From positions 37,922 through 101,921 of the forward strand of contig DASSHB010000072.1 of NCBI GenBank assembly GCA_035693125.1: a stretch of 64,000 nucleotides of DNA, read 5' to 3'. Source of the DNA: Candidatus Limnocylindrales bacterium. GTDB lineage: Bacteria; Chloroflexota; Limnocylindria; Limnocylindrales; CSP1-4. The first letter of the stretch is position 1, and each line of letters begins with the position of its first letter. A program made the translations under genes and the position numbers. Of the stretch, positions 60,893 to 64,000 are shown piece by piece. The notes beneath the pieces were generated by a model, which made no database searches, had not been told where the DNA came from, and was given only the letters and a program-made list of their open reading frames with translations.

Positions 60893-62245
60893 TCAGCCCT
60901 CCGGCAGGCCCACCGCGTCGAGGCCGCGCTCCAGCCCGTCGACGGCCGCCCGGAACCAGCGGCTATCCGAGCCGCCGTACGCGACGCGATCCTCCGGCGG
61001 GAGCGATGGCAGCAGCGCCTGGTACGTGACGACCTGGTACAGCGCGCCGACCGTCATCGCGAGCTCGCACCCGCGCACGAGGCGATCGCGCGGAGCCGCG
61101 CCCGACCACGCGTCGACGTACGCGTCGCATACGATGCGTCGGAGCGCGAGGTCCTTCGTCCGCCGGATGAACGCGGGGACGTCGACGAACGAGTGGCCCG
61201 CCGCGCCATCGGACCAGTCGAAGACCACCAGGCCGTGCCCGGTCACGGCGATGTTCCACGGATGCCCGTCGCCATGGATGAGCCCATCCGGCAGCCCGAT
61301 GTCCTCGAGCTCGTGGCAGGCGTCGGTGAAGCGGGGGAGGAGTGCCGGCCAGCGATCGAGCAACGGAGCCCCGATCCGGTCGGCCAATCCGTCGTGCTCG
61401 AGGAGGCCGGGGAGGGCACCGGTGAGATCCGCCAGCGGCCGGTGCTGCGCTCCGGCGCCCACGAGCTCCTCGATGTGGCCGACCCAGGCTCGCTCCAGCT
61501 CGGCGATCCGGCGCAGGCCGGCGACCCATTCGGCCTCGGGATCGCTCCCGAGGATCCGCCCGGCGAAGTCCGCCATGAGGAGCCAGCCCTCGGCGGGCTC
61601 GATGTCGATGACCTCGGGGATCCAGTCCGGTGTCCGCCGCGCGAGGGCGCGAGTGATCGAGGCCTCGGCCCGGCAGTGCGGGGCCGAGGCCTTGACGTAT
61701 GCGGTGCGAGGGCCGGATCGGGTCCGCAGCACCGTCCCGATCGGACTCTGGTAGGTCATCCGGGTCGGCTCGGTCGGCGGCATCCCGGCGGAGGTCATCC
61801 GTTCGCCGATCCAGGTCGACACGCGATCGAACCAGCCCGGCTCCATCCACGAGGGCGCGCGCGGATCTCCGCGCCCGTCGAGGCGATCGAGCCAGGCCCG
61901 AATGGGCGCGCGGGCCATTTCGGGCTCGAGCGTGTCGACGACGTCATCCGCTCGGGCGAACTCGCGCCCGTCGGTCGCGTCGAGCGCCGAATCGGCCGCC
62001 GTCAGCACCATGCCCGTGCCGGATTCGGACGCACCGTCCGACTCCTGGTAGCGCAACCAGATCGGCGTCATTGGTCGACGCACGAGGCCTTGGACGACCT
62101 CGATGAGCCCTTCGCAGTCCAGCTCCCGCGGCGCCAGCTCGATCGTCGGGAGATGGGCGTTCGCAGCGTCTGCCCCGGCGGTCTCTTCGACGAGGACCGA
62201 TCGGGTCAAATCGTCGACGACGATCGCGGCGATCAGCCAGCTCAC
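60893..62245 (-). CDS. aminoglycoside phosphotransferase (APH)-fold kinase family protein with N-terminal extension
   Basis: The GTG at 62245 is proposed, because the upstream in-frame sequence is Arg-rich junk. Kinase motifs are LIHGDGHPWNI (HxDxxxxN) and VVFDWSDG. Confidence 0.65.
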   Translation of the reverse strand: MSWLIAAIVVDDLTRSVLVEETAGADAANAHLPTIELAPRELDCEGLIEVVQGLVRRPMTPIWLRYQESDGASESGTGMVLTAADSALDATDGREFARADDVVDTLEPEMARAPIRAWLDRLDGRGDPRAPSWMEPGWFDRVSTWIGERMTSAGMPPTEPTRMTYQSPIGTVLRTRSGPRTAYVKASAPHCRAEASITRALARRTPDWIPEVIDIEPAEGWLLMADFAGRILGSDPEAEWVAGLRRIAELERAWVGHIEELVGAGAQHRPLADLTGALPGLLEHDGLADRIGAPLLDRWPALLPRFTDACHELEDIGLPDGLIHGDGHPWNIAVTGHGLVVFDWSDGAAGHSFVDVPAFIRRTKDLALRRIVCDAYVDAWSGAAPRDRLVRGCELAMTVGALYQVVTYQALLPSLPPEDRVAYGGSDSRWFRAAVDGLERGLDAVGLPEG

Positions 62246-62482
62246 GGCAGCCCGTCGGGCCGGTGAACGCGTTCGCCCCACGCGAGCAATCGGCGTGCCG
62301 CCACGCGTCGGGAGGTGCTGGCCGTCGGTGCGCTCAAGGTGCGGCATCTTAGGCAGGATCGGCGGACGAGAATCCGGCCGAGCGGGATCGCGCTCGAGAT
62401 GATGGGAACGATTCGCTCGCACCGAACGCCATGACACCCGAACCCGACCGGGCCGACCGGTTGGCGAAGGGAGGTCACCACG

Positions 62483-63082
62483 ATGCAGCGCCTCAATCGG
62501 GCCATCGGGATCACGTTCGCGATGGCCTTCGCGGTCGGAACGATCCCGGCTGCCAGCGCCGGCTCACCGATCGATCCCGACACGCTCACGCCCGCGCCGC
62601 CAGCCGGCGCCTCGTGCCAGCAGACCGGTCCATCGGCGGTGGTCTGCCAGACCGCGATCTCCGTTGCGGCCGACGGCGTGCCACTCTTCGACATCGGCTG
62701 CGGGACGGTCTACGAGACCAGCACCGAGGATCTCGTCGCGATCCGCTGGTACGCGGACGGCCTGCTCGTGCGGCGGTTCATCCGCGGCGACATGGCCGGG
62801 ACGTGGGGTCTCACGCCGGACGCGAGTGGGCGGGCGATCCCCTTCGTCGGCCATTGGACGCAGCACGACACGTTCTCCGTTCCCGGCGACCCCGACACGG
62901 TCGTCGAGGACGCCACCGGGCTCGCCTTCCATGCCACGGACCCTCGCCTCGGCGCCGATCTGATCCTCGCCGGCCGGATCGAACCGGACGGCACCCTCCA
63001 CGGTGTCAACCGCGTCGACGAGCCGCTCGGCGAGATCTCGCCCGCATCGATCGCGACCCTCGAATCCGTCCTGTGCGACTGA
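62483..63082 (+). CDS. secreted hypothetical protein
   Basis: 199 aa. Signal peptide MQRLNRAIGITFAMAFAVGTIPAASA, GAAGGGAGG RBS, four Cys residues. Confidence 0.6.
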   Translation: MQRLNRAIGITFAMAFAVGTIPAASAGSPIDPDTLTPAPPAGASCQQTGPSAVVCQTAISVAADGVPLFDIGCGTVYETSTEDLVAIRWYADGLLVRRFIRGDMAGTWGLTPDASGRAIPFVGHWTQHDTFSVPGDPDTVVEDATGLAFHATDPRLGADLILAGRIEPDGTLHGVNRVDEPLGEISPASIATLESVLCD

Positions 63083-63132
63083 CGGCGGCGGCCGTAGTCT
63101 GACGGCCGAGCCCGACGCCTGAGGTCAGCACC

Positions 63133-63687
63133 GTGGCACAACGTGCGCTCGTCGAGCTCGCGCGGAGTGGCGATCACGAGGCCTTTGCCAGCCTCGTGCG
63201 CGACGCTGCCGTGCGGCTCGACGGAGCCGCCCGCCTGATCCTGCGCGACCCCGAAGCGGCGCGCGACGCGGTCCAGGACGCCCTGATCCGCGCCTGGCGC
63301 GACCTGTCGGGTCTGCGCGATCCCGATCGCTTCGACGCCTGGCTCCATCGGCTCACGGTGAACGCCTGCCTCGACATCGCCCGGCGCAGGAAGCGGCGCG
63401 TGCACGAGGTCGAGCTGACGGTGATCCACGGCCCCGCGGTCGCGGACGTCGGCGGGACCCTGGCCGATCGCGAGCTCCTCGCCGAAGCGCTGCGTCGGCT
63501 CGAGCCGGAGTGGCGGGCCCTGGTGGTCATGCACTACTACCTGGGGATGCCCCTGCCGGATGCCGCGGCCGCCCTCGGGATTCCCCTCGGGACGGCGAAG
63601 TCGCGGCTCCATCGAGCGCTCGCCAGCATGCGGGTCGTCGTCGACGACGGTCGCCAGGTGGCGGCCGTGGGAGGGCAGGCGTCATGA
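63133..63687 (+). CDS. ECF sigma factor (paralogue of 53683..54249)
   Basis: 184 aa, GTG start: ARDAVQDALIRAWRDLSGLRDPDRFDAWLHRLTVNACLD, and region 4 LPDAAAALGIPLGTAKSRLHRALASMR. Confidence 0.85.
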   Translation: MAQRALVELARSGDHEAFASLVRDAAVRLDGAARLILRDPEAARDAVQDALIRAWRDLSGLRDPDRFDAWLHRLTVNACLDIARRRKRRVHEVELTVIHGPAVADVGGTLADRELLAEALRRLEPEWRALVVMHYYLGMPLPDAAAALGIPLGTAKSRLHRALASMRVVVDDGRQVAAVGGQAS

Positions 63688-64000
63688 CGTCCAGCCGGCG
63701 CTTCGAGCACGAGCTCCCCGCCGCCCTGACCGAGCTCGCGACGGCGCCCTATCCGGCGTACATCGAGGACGTCCTGAGGGTCACGAGCCGGACGCGCCGG
63801 CGGCCCGTCTGGCAGTTCCCGCGGCGCTGGATTCCGATCGAGGTCGGGCCTCGGCTTCGGCCCGTCGTCATCGTCGGCGTCGTCGTGCTCGTCATCCTGG
63901 CGCTCCTGATCACCTTCGTCGGGTCGTGGCAGCACCGCTTGCCCCGTCCGTTCGGACCGGCCGCGAACGGCGTCGTCGCGTTCGCCCTCGACGGCCAGGG
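63684..64000 (+). CDS. membrane-anchored putative anti-sigma factor, N-terminal part (runs off the right edge)
   Basis: ATGA overlap with the sigma gene: MTSSRRFEHELPAALTELATAPYPAYIEDVLRVTSRTRRRPVWQFPRRW..., TM VVIVGVVVLVILALLITFV. The frame is open to the window end. Confidence 0.55.
   Translation, partial: MTSSRRFEHELPAALTELATAPYPAYIEDVLRVTSRTRRRPVWQFPRRWIPIEVGPRLRPVVIVGVVVLVILALLITFVGSWQHRLPRPFGPAANGVVAFALDGQ

Noticed and set aside
1-64000. Search by eye for CRISPR repeats, IS elements, integrases, rRNA/tRNA genes and prophage blocks
   Set aside because: I noticed no regularly spaced direct repeats, no transposase or integrase-like translations, and no tRNA cloverleaf candidates outside coding frames. 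This is a visual scan only. tRNAscan-SE, Infernal and ISEScan would be needed to be sure.

Overview
This 64-kb window is very GC-rich, with third codon positions almost all G/C, and gene-dense. It looks Actinomycetota-like: it carries SARP/AfsR-type and large ATPase-LuxR regulators, a SigJ/ECF41-type sigma factor, a deazaflavin-type nitroreductase-family gene, a LigD-type ligase domain, a GH25 muramidase and a sortase-fold protein. I call about 70 protein-coding genes. By eye I found no rRNA, tRNA, CRISPR array, transposase, integrase or phage structural gene. The clearest housekeeping anchor is ettA (5178..6857). Other recognisable enzymes are an ATP-dependent DNA ligase (16128..17087) and a prolyl oligopeptidase (32243..34339). 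The rest is an accessory patchwork of small stress, detoxification and regulatory genes: 3 VOC/glyoxalase, 5 GNAT-type, 3 DinB-like, 2 SnoaL/DUF4440, 3 MFS, 3 stand-alone RibD_C/DHFR-like genes plus one fused copy, and 3 ECF sigma factors. Operons are visible from ATGA/GTGA start-stop overlaps. Many of the longest ORFs in the supplied track are antisense or out-of-frame artefacts of the GC content (R/P/G/A-rich translations), and I rejected them. Several real genes start well inside the track ORFs. Those starts were re-derived by amino-acid counting and checked against the sequence, but they remain predictions. The most interesting candidates, none demonstrable without searches, are as follows. 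(1) A RibD_C-like domain fused to a class III nucleotidyl cyclase, divergent from an ATPase-LuxR regulator; this resembles a split version of the mycobacterial Rv0386-type cyclase-ATPase-LuxR architecture. (2) An 82-aa highly charged protein made of two 34-aa repeats (RLAxNDNETxV), encoded 12 nt upstream of a stand-alone TPR protein. (3) A secreted sortase-fold protein whose catalytic Cys position reads Ser. (4) A GntR-controlled glycoside locus combining a GH4 hydrolase, a PfkB kinase, an ABC importer and a PHP/CehA-type metallohydrolase. (5) Two paralogous approximately 78-aa His/Cys proteins 21 kb apart. (6) Mirror-image ECF41-like promoter motifs between the SigJ-like gene and its divergent neighbour. 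All family assignments are from motif recognition by eye, not database searches.
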